A stretch of 64,000 nucleotides of DNA from Cenococcum geophilum (lineage: Eukaryota), in NCBI GenBank assembly GCA_050273025.1, contig CP158635.1:27590001-27654000 (forward strand), given 5' to 3'. The notes beneath the pieces are model-generated. The model was not told the DNA's origin. It searched no databases and saw only the letters and a list, made by a program, of their open reading frames with translations. How positions within the stretch are numbered: the stretch's first letter is position 1; each line of letters opens with the position of its first letter. Shown in pieces: positions 13,015 to 26,302 of the stretch. A program made the position numbers and the translations under genes.

Positions 13015-16000
13015 ACGTGAGCAACGGGGTTATGACGGTCCATGGGGTTATGACGGTGGGGCCTTACCGCCTTCCGCATTAGGCCTACCGCCTTCCCAAT
13101 TGAGTATATTGCCGCCTCTAAAATCAAAATATCAACAACTTCGCCCACTTTTTAATACTTAATCCTTAATTAAAAAATAACCACCAACGTAACCATACCC
13201 CGGTGGCCTCTGCCGATTGGCAGGGAGGATTAGATATAGAAGGCTATTATTGCCTAGCGTTCTGGCCTTTATCTATTTAGAGAAAACTGTATAAAAGCTT
13301 ATGGCGTAGATCCGCAAATATTTTAACGTCGCCTGGATGGAAAATAGGAAGCTTATAAAGTTACGCATACTAATTAATACCGAATAACTACTGTAGGCGA
13401 AGCAGTAATTATTCGGTATTATATATATCTTACTAAAGCCAGGTTTCCATATTAATTTTACACAATTTAAACAATTGCGATAATAGTCCTTAAGCGCGAA
13501 TACTCTAGGCTTCCTTACTATCTTATAGTCGAACCTTTAGGTGTTAATTAGGTTCCTATCTTTCTAAAACGATAGAAAGAGCTTCGTACTTATTATATGC
13601 ATTTAATTAAATAAGAATGAGCCCTTACTAATAACAATCCTAGCCTAGTATAGAGGTTCTTTACTAACTATACTAATGCTACCACTTAGTATAATATCGC
13701 AGAACTTAACACCTAGAATATAGATAAGACGGGCTTTACTATGGGGTTTACTCTTAGCGCGAAAGTAGTGGTACTAAGAGGCAGTATTATTAACTTTAAG
13801 ATGATTAATAGCAATAGGGAGTAGGTAAGTTAAGTTAACGCAATTGGCATACACGGGCAGATAATACCACTATTTATCATCTTTAAAGGAAAGTAATATA
13901 TAGAATCTCTATAGCAAAGCGCAGAGGAAGCTGTAGGCAAATGTACAATTAGAATGTTAGATAATGGCTAGTTAAATCATAAGATGGGTATATAGTGGCT
14001 TAAACATTTTAAACGCCATACTCATTAAATAGAGGCATAGGAGGCCTCTAAAAAGGATAATAAGAACGTTAAATATCACGGCTACCGATTGCTTATTATG
14101 GATGGATACAGCAGTTATATTAATATTGATTTTATTAAGCTCTATTGGCGCCATAAGATTATACCAATATACCTTCCACCCTACTCTATACACTTCCTAC
14201 AACCTCTTAATCTTGTCCTCTTTTTAGTGCTTAAACGCCTCTATTTACGTAAAGTCAACGAATACGGAGCTCGCGGTATTACTAGTATTAATAGGGAGTA
14301 TTTTCTAAAGATTCTTGGTGAGATTTGACCTTATATATATACCCCCAAGTTAATTAACAAAGCCTTTGCAGCAGCTGGTCTCCTACTACTTAATATTAAT
14401 TACGTCCTTAAGCGCCTTATAAAGCAGCCCTTATCTTTATAACCGTCTATACCTCCTTCTAACGAGCTAACGCTTCTATCCTTACCTTTATACCTAAAAA
14501 CGCTAAAAAGCTACTTAGATCGCGCCCGGTACGCTTACACGATCCTCTATCCTAAAATAATACTTAAAGCAGCTAAGTTAGTCGTTATAAAGCTTATAGA
14601 GCACCTATAATTGTTAGAGGATAGACTATATTTAATATAGGTGGAAAATAATAATCTTTGCAATAACGTTATAGAGAGGAGGGCTAAGAAGAAGAAGAAG
14701 CGGGTAGTGCTCTCTACCGAATTAGTACTTACTGCTAAATAGGCGAGGGCAATTGTTACCGCTAAGGAGGCTAAAAAGGAAGCTAAGGGACAGGCCAAAG
14801 CTATAAGAGAAGCACTTAAGACAACTTAATAGGAGGCAGCTATAATCGCTAAAGCGTAGGTTAAAGAAAGAAAGAAGGCTCGTGCTACTACTGTAGAGGT
14901 AAAGAAGCTGTCGGATTAACACTGAAAGCTATTAGGGGAGGCAGATAGGGCGGCAAAGAAGGCATAGAAGACGGTTATTACTGCAACTAATATTATAAAT
15001 AGGAAGAATATAGATAAAGCTTAAGAGGCGGCGAATAAAGCAGTAGAGGAAGCGACATTAAAAGCAGAGGCTTTGGCAGTAATGCGGACGCAGTTAGAAG
15101 CTTCCTCTACTGCGGCCGCTATAGCCGCTGCTTACTATAAGGCATTGTAAGAAGCTGTAAAGAAGGCAAAGGAGGCTATACAGGAGGCTACATAGGTAGA
15201 GGAGGCAGAGGACGATAAGCTAAGTAAGCTAAGCGACGATAAGATGTTAGATAAGGACATTGATGTAAAAATGGGCGACGTCTAGTTAATTAAGTAGCTA
15301 TCGGTACCAATTTAATGGTATAAGTGAGTCGTGTCTAGGGGCACGAAATACGTATAGTATCGTATGCTTATTTAGACGGTGGTGACTGTCTCTTGTATTA
15401 AAGCAGACTACGTGGTCTATATACTAATGCATCTCCCCCTAATTAGTTAGTGCTTCATAAGTGCACCAGACGCGTAAGCGAGTGGTTAGTGCACCGAACG
15501 CGTAAACGCGTGGTTACTGTACCGAACGCGTAGGCACGCGGTTAGTACAACAGGTGCTGTAATTAGACACTGGCGGTACTTGAAAAATGGAACCACCTGT
15601 ATATAGCCTCCGTAATTGCTTTAATAGAACCGTAAAACATAAAAGAAAATATATAGAAAATCCCTCCTAAGGTGCCTTCTGGGTTGCCTTCCAAATGGTG
15701 CTTCAAGCTAGCCGTAAGTCCTGCTTACGGTCCGTAAAATGAACTATACGGCCTTTTGACGGGCCGTAAATGCACTATACGGCCTTCCGACGGGCCGTAG
15801 CTGAACTATAAATGCTCTATTAGTCTCGCTCTACCCATTCTATAACCTTTAGGTTAAGCTTATTTATGTTAATTAGGGTTTTAAGAGCTTAACACGGCTT
15901 TGCCTTAGTTATAGCGTCTACTAGGTTGTCTCCGCTGCTAATCCATTTAACCTCTATAATCTTACGTCGTTTATAGGCCTAATGTAAGCACATTAGGTCG

Positions 16001-19000
16001 ACTATAAGCCTCTTTTCTTATATTATACCTAGTTTAACTAGGTAGTTATAAAGGGACTTTAAATTAGTGTATAAAACTAGGGGTAACTACTCTAGTTATA
16101 GAATCTTCTAGACCGTTAATTTAATTACAGCTGCTATATTAAAGCTATGGGCTAGTGTATATAGTTTAGAAGCTAGTACACTGCGGGTTACTCGTTTGTA
16201 TTTAATTGAAGACTAATATAGTATATTTGCGTCTTAGTTATGGTCTGTAAGTATAATTATAAAGCCAATTTGCGATAATATGTCCCTATTATTAGCAAAG
16301 AAGGCGTCTATAAATACCATTACGCTAATAGAATTTAGGTCTAGTGGTATAAAAGTAAATCCTCTTATCGCATTATCAATTTGCCATTAAATGCGCTTAT
16401 TAAGCTACTTAATATTTTTTTCTTATAGATCTACTGCCTGGGCTATAAAGGATAAGTTATAGGTAGATTTGGGTTAACAGACTGTGGCGATATAGATACC
16501 TCTTGCACGCTATGCAGCGTATTAGTCCTTTATATTTACGGTCTTATAGGTCTCTCTGCGGAAACTAGTAAAGTCCGTAGGCTTTACTATAATAGGCTTT
16601 AGGTTTTAAGCTTAGCGTTCCTAAGTTAGCTAGATTAAGTTACCCTTTTATATAATTAAGCCTCCGTTAAACTTAATTAGAGTCCGCTTAGTTAACTACT
16701 TTTACAGCTTTACTAGGAACTTAGCTTCTTATAGTTTAGTCTCTTCTATATCCGTAAAAGTTTAGTCCGCTAAAAAGAGGGTATTATCCGTTTAGAGTCT
16801 AACGATACTAAAGCCGTTTAATAGGGTATATAGGAGGCAAGGGTTATAGGTTAATTGCTCTATCTTAAGTTTACTAACGTGGTACTAGTAATACGTCTTA
16901 AACTAGTAGTTTCTAGCTTCCGGCACTCTATAAAGTGGTTTTATAACCTATAAAATTGTTTCTAGTTATAGATTAAGCTCAAGTAGTAGCCGTATAAAGA
17001 TATCCCTACTTAGGTAGATATTGGACTATATATAGGCTTACGAGATATCCCGTAAGTAGAGGGCTATGGGTTTAGTTTACTATAGTCCTGGCGTAAGCAT
17101 AAGTATAATCCGTTAACTAACCCGTTAAATTATAGGCGATTATATAAGGATAAGGTCCTTTCCCTAGTTATTATAAGCTTATATAACAAGCCTTAACTTT
17201 TTAAAGGCTTTATTAGTACTAGGGTGCTTAATTTTATTAATAAAGCGCAAGTTAAATATACAGACGCCTTATAGAACGTCTCTCTCTATTATAACCGTAA
17301 AGACGCCCTTCTTAAGTAGTTTATTAATCTCTTTGCGTTATAAGTCCGTAAAAGGGGTTTCCTATACTAGAACTAATATATTTATAGGCGGAGATTGCTT
17401 TGCGGATATACCTGCGGAGGTTAGGTAATTCTCTATTATGGGGTTCTTATAGGGGCGTCCTTGGCCACGCTTTATAGCAGGTTTTATAGGTTTATTAGGT
17501 TTCTAGGGGACTTCTAGGGTAGGTAAGGGTGCTTCTAGTTTATCTAATTTAGTGGGTACTTCTAGTTCGTCTAGCTTAACGTTATAGATATTTTTGGACC
17601 GAAAATAGGGTTTTATGGACGTGCTTCTAAAGTTTACTAGTCCGCTAGGGAGCTATATATAGTAGGTCTCGTCTTCTATAGCTAGTAGACAGTAAGGTCC
17701 AGTTTAATTACTACTTTTACGCCATATAAGGACTTTAGAGTTAAGCGGGAGGTTATATACTAGGGTTATATTAGGTCCGTTGCGGTAGTGCAGAGCGTTA
17801 TTAATAGTTTATTTGGCCCGTAATTTAACTATTTCGGCTATTGCCTTCTATATTATAGCTGCTTAATCCGTAACAGACGGGGTAAAAGGGTCCAGTTTAC
17901 TCATCCTTAGGTAGGCTCCGTAGACTAAGAGGGTAGGTACCAGTCCGTTAGGGCTAGCGGTATTGTTAACGGCTTTTATAGCTATTTATAAAGCTAGTTC
18001 TTTTTAGATATTCTTATACTCGTCTATAATAATCTAGTAAGCTCTTTATAAAGCTAGGTAGGCTCGCTTAATAAGTCTAACGGACTAGTGCGCCTTAACT
18101 AAAACGGCTTTTGTTAAAATAGCTATAGCCGTAGCGTACTATTGGAATTCCTTACTAATAAAGTTCCTATTAGCGTCGTGGGTAATATACTTAGGGGGTC
18201 TAAGGTATGTATTAATCTAGTAGGTCCGTAAAATGTCCTAAGTATATTTTATGGATATATTTTGCAACTAACGGGCGGCTTAATAGCGGGTTGCCTTGTT
18301 AACTATATATAATACTAGACTGCCGTTAATGTACATAATATCCACGTATACTAAGTAGTTGAAGTTAAGGTCCTTATAAAGGGTGAACTTAAATCTGCCT
18401 AGGGAACGTCCGTATTTCTAGTAAAAAGAGCAGTATTTAATTAGGTGGTTAATTGCCTTTCTGTTAACGTTATTATGTCCAGAGCGTTTAAGAACTCTAT
18501 ATAGCTTTTCGGCTAACGGGTAGCCGAAACAGCGGTATAGGCGGTGGATCTTAGTACTAGTAAGGTAGCACGGGTTATAGTTAAAAGATTCTTAAATATA
18601 GGTCTATAAAGTCTCTCCCTATATAAGGAACGGGTGTCTAAATTGTTGTGTAATTAGTAGGGTAATATGCTTACTTTCTAGGGCAGTTGCGGGGCCAATT
18701 AAGGTGTCCGTAACATTATTATAGTATACCTATAACCTATCCATATCTATAAGATAGAGTAAGAAGGGGGTGTCCGTTTTTACCACGTGGAAGTTAACTA
18801 GGCTAATTAGAGTCTTAACTTTAACTAATCCAATTAATGCGGTTGAGCCGATGCCGAATTGGACGTTTACGGCCCTAGTTTGCGTAATATTAATGTCCGT
18901 ATTATTATTTATAGTGGTTCTATATGCGAGGTATTATCTATAGCCTGTGGTAGACTTCTTAAAGGCACCTATATTGATTATAACACCGTAGAATTCCTTA

Positions 19001-21755
19001 GGGGTATAGCGTTCTATAGTAATATATGCAAATAGGTCCTGCTTATAATCTATAACATCTATAACGGGGGTACTTGCGAAATAGTTTTTAGGCGTAACTA
19101 AGTGTATAAAGGAACGGTCGGCTAATACGGTCGTAATATTAAAGGCTTAGCTGTCCGTAAAAGGTCTAAAAGTGGTTAGGAATATCTCTAAGGTCTCTTA
19201 TTCCTAAGTGTCTAAGTTAAAGTTAATTATAAGGGCTTCTATTAACTTATTAGGAGGCTCCTCTTCTTCCTCTCCTTTATATTCTAAAATGAACTGGTTA
19301 ATCTAGCTATTAAGTCTCTTCTTAGACTTATTATATTCTTCCTAGGTATACCTTATAGACTAATATCCTTCCTTACTATATATAAAGCACTTCTGGCTGG
19401 TTCGTCTACGGGGGTATGTTTTTATACGGGGGTTGCTATAGGGGTTATAGGTAGGACTTAGTCGGTACGGGTACTGCTAGCGGTAGTGGCGGTCCGTAAA
19501 GTAGACGTCTAAGTCTATTTATGGATATTAAATATCCGTAATAAAGGCTTAAGTGCTGCCTAGTGGGTTTAAGACTTTATACGTTATAATAGAGGAGCGT
19601 AGATTATTAATAAGGCTAGCTAAGGTGTTTATAGGCTTGTAGTAGGCGTACTTATAGGGCTCTACTTCCTAGTAGGCCGTAATAAGTTTATTATATAGGA
19701 AGTCGTCCGTTTAAAGCTTAATATTAAGACTATGCTGTAGGTGGCGGAGGTCTTTAATAAGGATTTACAGGCACTCTATGGTTGATTTTTTAGTGTTCTT
19801 ATCTATTACGGTCCGTAGCTTAGTCGCATTCCATTAGGTAAAGATATTACGCTTATATTCCGGTCCTTTAAAGTAGTTATATATAGCTTTATATAGCTTA
19901 TTAAAAGGAACACCAAGGGGGTTGCTCTTAAGGTTAGTATAGTAGTAGTTAAGTGCTAGGCCGCGCAGCATGGTAGAGTAGGCTTGGCTAAACTCTTATT
20001 TAGGAATATCAGCCTTCTGGCAGAGGTCCGTAAAGATAGTTAGTTTAAAGTTAAAGTTATCGTTTTCGCCGCTATACTTAGATTCGTTAGTATAGAGCTT
20101 AGCTAGGTTAGCTAGCTCCTTACCATAAGTCTTTACTTAGGTAGTTTACGGGTTTATAGCTTAGATAACGGCGGAAGGGTTTTAGTCCGTATTTTGGTTT
20201 ATAGGGGTATTATAGTCCATAGTTTGGGTTACGGGGGTATTACGGTCTGTAACTTAAGTGCTAGGTATACTTTAGCCCGTAAGATTAATTCTAAAACTGC
20301 TTAGGTTTATAGGACGAATTTAGTTAAGAGGGTTAGGTATAAGGCTAGTAATTATATTAAGTTTAGAAGAAGCAAAGAGTTCCTTAGTAGTGTTATACTC
20401 ATCTAAGATTTCTTCCTTAGTTTATTCCGTTCGGTCCTCCTTATATATTATATTATATAAGGACCATATAATAGTGACCCGTTTGTTCCTTTTAACCTAT
20501 ACGCCTTAGTTATATAAAAGGGTCCGTAGGTTACGGATAGTAGTGGGGTTGCATTCCTTAAAGATAGCTTTTATAAAGTCCGCAAAGTCTTCCTAGTATT
20601 GCTCCCATAGGTCGACGTTTATAAGCTTAAAGTATTCGTACTTAAGGATTTTAAATTTAATATAGTTATTAATGTTATCTATAGACGTAACGTCGACTCC
20701 TTGTCTCTACTTCTTTTAACCTTTATTAACCTGCTTGCTAATATCTACCATACTATATAGTGTAGTATAGTATATAGCGGGTGGAAGAGGTCTTGTAAGG
20801 GTCCGTAAAATCGGTTAACGGGCCCGTAACGGTTTGTAGAAGGGTAAGAAGGTCTCCGTAGGGTCTTAACAAGTCCATAGTAGTTCGTAGGAGGGTAAAA
20901 GGTCTCCGTAACGGTCCGTAAAAGTAATTAACGGGTCTGTAACGGTTCGTAAAAGGGTAAGAGGTCTCCGTAAGGGGTTAGAGAGGAGGCCGGGGTATTT
21001 TAATAGGGTGTGGTGGTCGCGTTCTTGGTGTGATTGTGTTCTTAACGTGGTCGCGTTAACTACTGGTACAGTAGTTAATATCTCTAATTAAGGTGGAGCG
21101 TAAATATTTTCCAAAACTAGGGTAGATTTAAGGTAATTCTAGGTAAGATAGAGCGTTAGATGTCTTCCAAATCTAGAGTACTTTAATTCTCTTTAACTGA
21201 AATAGGGGCTTATAAGGTGGAGTGTTAGACGTCTTCCAAGCAAGTGCGTATCTCCTGATCTGTGCGCGCTCACTAATTAGTGTTGGTACCAATTTAATGG
21301 TATAAGTGAGTCGTGTCTAGGGGCACGAAATACGTATAGTATCGTATGCTTATTTAGACGGTGGTGACTGTCTCTTGTATTGAAGCAGACTACGTGGTCT
21401 ATATACTAATGCATCTCCCCCTGATTAGTTAGTGCTTCATAAGTGCACCAGACGCGTAAGCGAGTGGTTGGTGCACCGAACGCGTAAACGCGTGGTTACT
21501 GTACCGAACGCGTAGGCACGCGGTTGGTACAACAGGTGCTGTAATCAGACAGTAGCAATTAACACCTTAAAACACCAAAAAATATCGATATAGAGCGTCT
21601 ATTATACAAAAATAAGGCTTCATATAACCTCTATAAGACGACTATGCCGTGCGATGTTTTTTACTAGTATTTTGCCTGCAAACAAGCATTTGGCAGAATT
21701 TTGGTGTTCAAAACCGTCATAACCCCATGGACCGTCATAACCCCGTTGCTCACGT
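13015..21755 (+). mobile_element. Fot1/pogo-family DNA transposon, RIP-inactivated, interrupted by a copia element
   Basis: ~43-bp TIRs ACGTGAGCAACGGGGTTATGACGGTCCATGGGGTTATGACGG with TA duplication on both sides. DDE relic RLLIMDGYSSY...LPPYSIHFLQPLN (14089-14328). Many TAA/TAG stops. Confidence 0.93.
15299..21551 (-). mobile_element. Full-length Ty1/copia LTR retrotransposon, RIP-inactivated
   Basis: 271-bp direct LTRs (15299-15569, 21281-21551) and 5-bp TSD GTAGC. Minus-strand RNase H relic AYKRRKIIEVKWISSGDNLVDAITK near 15900-15980 is the last pol domain, as in copia order. No long ORF survives. Confidence 0.92.
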
Positions 21756-21865
21756 TACTTGTTAGACGCTGACGTACTAAGGGATAATCGATTTTGTTGT
21801 CGTACCAGAACAAGGCTGTGCTGCTGATCTAAGCCCTGAATTAAGCGTCAACCACTCCTGTGGTC

Positions 21866-24800
21866 ATGTCTCCATCGTCATTTCGGTCAAGATTGAAGCT
21901 TTTCCGCAAAGATCATAGCGCATCGAACCCCGAAAACTTAAAGAGGAGGAAGGACGGTGATCAACACCAAAGTACTACAGCCTTATCCACCGTGACGACA
22001 ACACCATCTAAAAGTGTCAGGGAGCGGATCGTGACGGTTCAAGATATCTCTCAACATGGTCAAACCCCAGATATCATACCCCAAATCGAATCCCAATCTA
22101 CTGAGCGAGTCTTGTCACCTACGGCTCAGGCTGCTACTACTGTTCAGCAGCCAGTAACTGCTGTTTCATCAACATCTCCTTCTCCATTAGCTCCAACTGC
22201 TCCAGCAGCAACTTGTACTGATTCAGCCCCTTCCGATACCGTAGCCACTGATGCCTCAAGCATAGCGCAGCGACTCTGGGACCGAGCTTATGACGACCTT
22301 AAAGTCGATGAGTCTGCATTAGTACTGGCATACGAGAAAATCTTGTCTCGCGAACTCAATGAGAAGGCTCCAAAATCTGGAGCATTGGAGTTCCAGATAA
22401 ATGTGATTGAGCAGAGAGACCCAGCGGTGCGAAGGTTGCAGATGGGTCGACTCGTCCAAGCCGGCCTGAAGAAGACGGAGAGCGTGGTCAAAGTGAAACT
22501 TGGTATTGGGGAGGTTGTAGACGTCATACTCTCGGCAAAGAATATTATAGACTTGGCCGTACAGACGGTACCACAAGCTGCTCTTGCTTGGACGGGTGTT
22601 TGTTTTGCACTGCAGGTAAATGTGTCGTCTAGAAGCACCCACTCTACGTACTGAACCTGCCTCGAGGTACTCCAAAATCCTACAACTGAGACAAAAGCCA
22701 ATCGCGAAGGGATCGTTCACGTCATCTCCAGGATGCACTGGTACTGGAATATGTCAAGCCTCCTCCTGAAGGAAAATATGGTCAATGAAGGATCCTCTGC
22801 GGGATTAAAACGTGAATTAGAGAAACGAATCGTCGACCTCTACAAAGTGCTTCTCTCATACCAGATGAGAAGTGTTTGCTCGTACTACCGAAATCAGTTC
22901 CTTGGTTCCTTACGAGACGTCATCAAGCTTGATGACTGGGACGGCAACTTAAAGAATGTGCAAGACGCTGAAAATGCAGTTCGTCAAGATTCAGATGCAT
23001 ACAATGCCCAACAAATCAGATCTCACCTTGAGCAGCTCGTTGATAATTGTCGACCTGAATCGAAGTTCCTTACTACCATCGTAATACTGTCTGACGACCT
23101 AGATCGTCTATACGAACTATGTCTCAGTTTTCTCGTATCTTGAGCTCGTATGTCTCATCGAACGTCTCATTACCTGTTTCTCTTAACTATGACCTACTAC
23201 ATGACGACGTCGTCGTCATTGTATTTGGACCTACCTGATGTATATAAGAGAGCTTCTAGAGCCCTCTTTAATAAACAGAGTTCTCATTCCTGATCGTCCG
23301 TTCAACAATAATGCAAAAAGCCAGCAGACGAAACTTCTTCAAGATATCTATCAGGCGCTTCAGGAGCAGCTCGACAGAGGTGCTAACGCCGAACTTGCGT
23401 ATTATTCCGGTAGGCGTACTTCAGCGATCGCAGCAAAGCGGTACACTGACTGATAAACTAGGACCGGATAGCCCGCTGAATCGTTTACCTTACGCTGAAA
23501 ATGCCCCATTCAATTCATTCGACACTCAACACATTCCTACCTGCCTCCCTGATACCCGAGTCGACGTTCTTCAGGAGGTATTTGCTTGGGCTGATAGTTC
23601 AGATGAGCGGCGCATATTCTGGTTGAACGGCTTGGCTGGCACGGGCAAGTCGACGATTGCACGCACTGTCGCCCGTAGATACTATGTCCAGGAACGTCTT
23701 GCAGCAAGCTTCTTCTTCTCAAGAGGTGGCGGCGATGTTAGTCGTGCCGGCAAGTTTGTAACAAGTATTGCGGTGCAACTCGCAAAGAAGTCGTTATCTC
23801 TACTACGCTACATTTCCGAAGCTATTACGCAACATAGCAATATTGCGACCCAGTCTCTCCGCGATCAGTGGCGACAGCTCGTCCTTGGGCCCCTTTCGAA
23901 ACTACATGGCAACTCTTGTCAATCCTCATACATCCTTGTCGTTGATGCCCTCGATGAGTGTGACGATGATAATAACATTCGGACGGTTCTCCAACTCCTA
24001 GCTGAAGCTCGATCATTGAGGACGGTACAGCTGCGGATCTTTATAACGAGCAGACCTGAAATTCCAATCAGACACGGCTTTTACCAGATGCCAGAGGCTG
24101 GACATCAGGATTTTGTCCTCCACAACATATCGCCGCCGATTGTCGATCATGATATCACTATTTTCCTCGAATACAATCTGGGGCTCATCAGAGAGGAATT
24201 CTCTCTAGAGACTAGCTGGCCGGGTGAGGATGTCATCAAGCGTTTGGTCCAAGAAGCAAGTGGGCTGTTTATATGGGCAGCAACCGCTTGCCGGTTTATT
24301 CGCGAAGGCAGAAAATTTGCTGCAGATCGACTGTCTAAAATCCTCAAGGACAAACCCTCTACGGATGACTGCTCTATGGATGACTCCGCGACAGATGATT
24401 CTTTCGTGGACAACTCTATGATTGCACCAGAAGAGCAACTGAACAAAATTTACATCGCAGTCCTCGAAAATTCTATTCGCATTTATAAAAGGCAGGAAAG
24501 AAAAAAATGGTACAAATCGCTGAGGGAAACTGCTGGAACTATTGTTCTTCTATTCTCTCCCCTTTCCGCCTTCTCATTGGCTGGCTTACTTCATGTTCGT
24601 AGAAAAAATATCATCCAAACACTAGATGACCTACATTCCATCCTCGACATTCCAGAAGACCAGTCTCGACCAATTCGTCTTCACCATCCTTCATTTCGCG
24701 ACTTCCTTCTTAGCAAAGATAGGTGCGGCAATTCAAAGTTGTGGGTAGACGAGAAGCAAGGGCATCAGGCGTTGGCCAATACCTGCATACAGCTCATGTC

Positions 24801-25774
24801 GACCTCTCTCAAGCAAGATATCTGTGGCCTGAGCGCTCCGGGTGTGCTCGCGACCGATGTGGAGGGCAGTCGAGTGGATGAACGGCTCCCTCCGGAGGTA
24901 CAGTACGCATGTCTCTACTGGGTCCGGCATCTTGAGAGGAGTGGTGCTCAGCTATTTGACGACGACCAAGTCCATCAGTTCCTGCAGGTACACCTACTCT
25001 ATTGGCTTGAGGCGCTGAGCTGGATGCAGAAGGTTTCCGAAGGAATCGTTGCTATAGCCTCCTTAGAGTCGATTGCTCTTGTAAGCATACCTGCGGTGCA
25101 TCAGAATTATTAAGCTAAACCATATTTAGATGGGCCAGTGTCCCAGTTTATACGCGTTTATTCATGATATGAAGCGATTTGCCCTGCATAACCGGTCAGC
25201 AATCGAACGGGCTCCCTTACAGATATATTGTAGTGCGCTCGCTTTCACCCCAGTGCTGAGCATAGTCAGAAAACAGTTTGCGGATCGGACGCCGCGCTGG
25301 ATACAAAGAGGACCAGATGTCCAGAGGCACTGGAGCGCTTTAATACAGACGCTTGAGGGCCATTCAAGCTCGGTCTACTCAGTAGCATTCTCGCCGGACG
25401 GAAAGCTGGTGGCGTCGGGTTCGTACGACGACACAGTCAGGCTCTGGGACGCCGGCACGGGTGCGCCGCTGCAGACGCTTAGGCTTGGTATGACAACTAG
25501 GACTCTTTCATTCTCTACCTCTGGTCAGTGCCTTGGGGCGGATAGGGGAGTATTGGATGTAAGCTCTCTTGAGTTATTGTCAGATTCTTTAAAGCAGGTG
25601 CGTGCTCTATATGTGTTAAATGATTGGGTAATAGAGGAAGGAGAGAGTATTCTTTGGCTTCCTCGTGACTATCGAGCGACTTGCGTAGCTGTCTGGAACG
25701 GAATGGTCGTGTTGGGACACTTATCAGGGGGTATTTCATTCCTCAAATTTAAGCTAGGGTTAAAGACCGTATAA
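21866..25774 (+). pseudogene. NLR-like gene (NWD-type N-terminal domain, NACHT, single WD40 repeat), disrupted by a solo LTR
   Basis: LWDRAYDDLK...QAALAWTGVCFALQ N-domain; CLPDTRVDVL, WLNGLAGTGKST (Walker A), VVDALDEC (Walker B), HPSFRDFL; one [18 protein letters not shown] repeat. Removing 23048-23307 and one TSD copy restores the frame (LVDN-AKSQQ). Confidence 0.85.
23048..23307 (+). mobile_element. Solo LTR (260 bp) inside an NLR exon
   Basis: TGTCGAC...GTTCAACA ends, 5-bp TSD ATAAT, TATATAA then AATAAA; near-identical inverted copy at 37160-37421. Confidence 0.93.
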
Positions 25775-26302
25775 TTAAGAAAAATGTATAGATTGCTAGT
25801 GAGGTTATAATAGTCTTATATATATAATATATTATTTTCTTTACACCTCTATTTTATAGAGGTTAAGGGGAACATGTGCCTATATAGTTGTCGTATTCGC
25901 CACTCGGATTCTGGTGTCTTCCACGAGGTTTCTAGAAAGTAAGGTATACAAGAGTTACCAGATAGCGGCAACACTTTCCTAACTACGTCAAGCAATACTA
26001 GAGCGTGCGCGGCTAAACTACACGCCAAAGTAATAACTCACTTTAACGTTATACAGTACCGGCGCTAGCAGGGAGGGTGCCAACCCGTCTCCGGTGGCGA
26101 GGCAGCCTTAAAAGATACATTACTATAAGTTTTAAAGCTGGAGTAATCTAGGAAGGGCCTTAGCTGGAATATAGGGAACTAGATACTAGCCTAGGTGCGG
26201 TATAGACAAAAGCCGAGAGCTTCAGGAAAGACCGTGCGCCGAAAATTTAAGTAGGGCGAAGCCGATGTTGCAAGGGACGTGCCCGGTGGCTAAGCCTCTC
26301 CC

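Larger units (their letters stand above)
12471..21783 (-). mobile_element. Decayed piggyBac-like derivative(s) with CCC...GGG ends; host of the Fot1 insertion (left end approximate, may be two adjacent copies)
   Basis: TAT|CCC at 12471 and GGG|ATA at 21783. TTATCGATAAG and GGTGTTCCCGCACGGATCAC subterminal motifs are shared with 45685-46392. Minus-strand peptide PSNRARNDTDLIQPT*YNVQPDRKAK...FEPL (~12800-12935) is homologous to the one ending at 46280. Confidence 0.6.
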
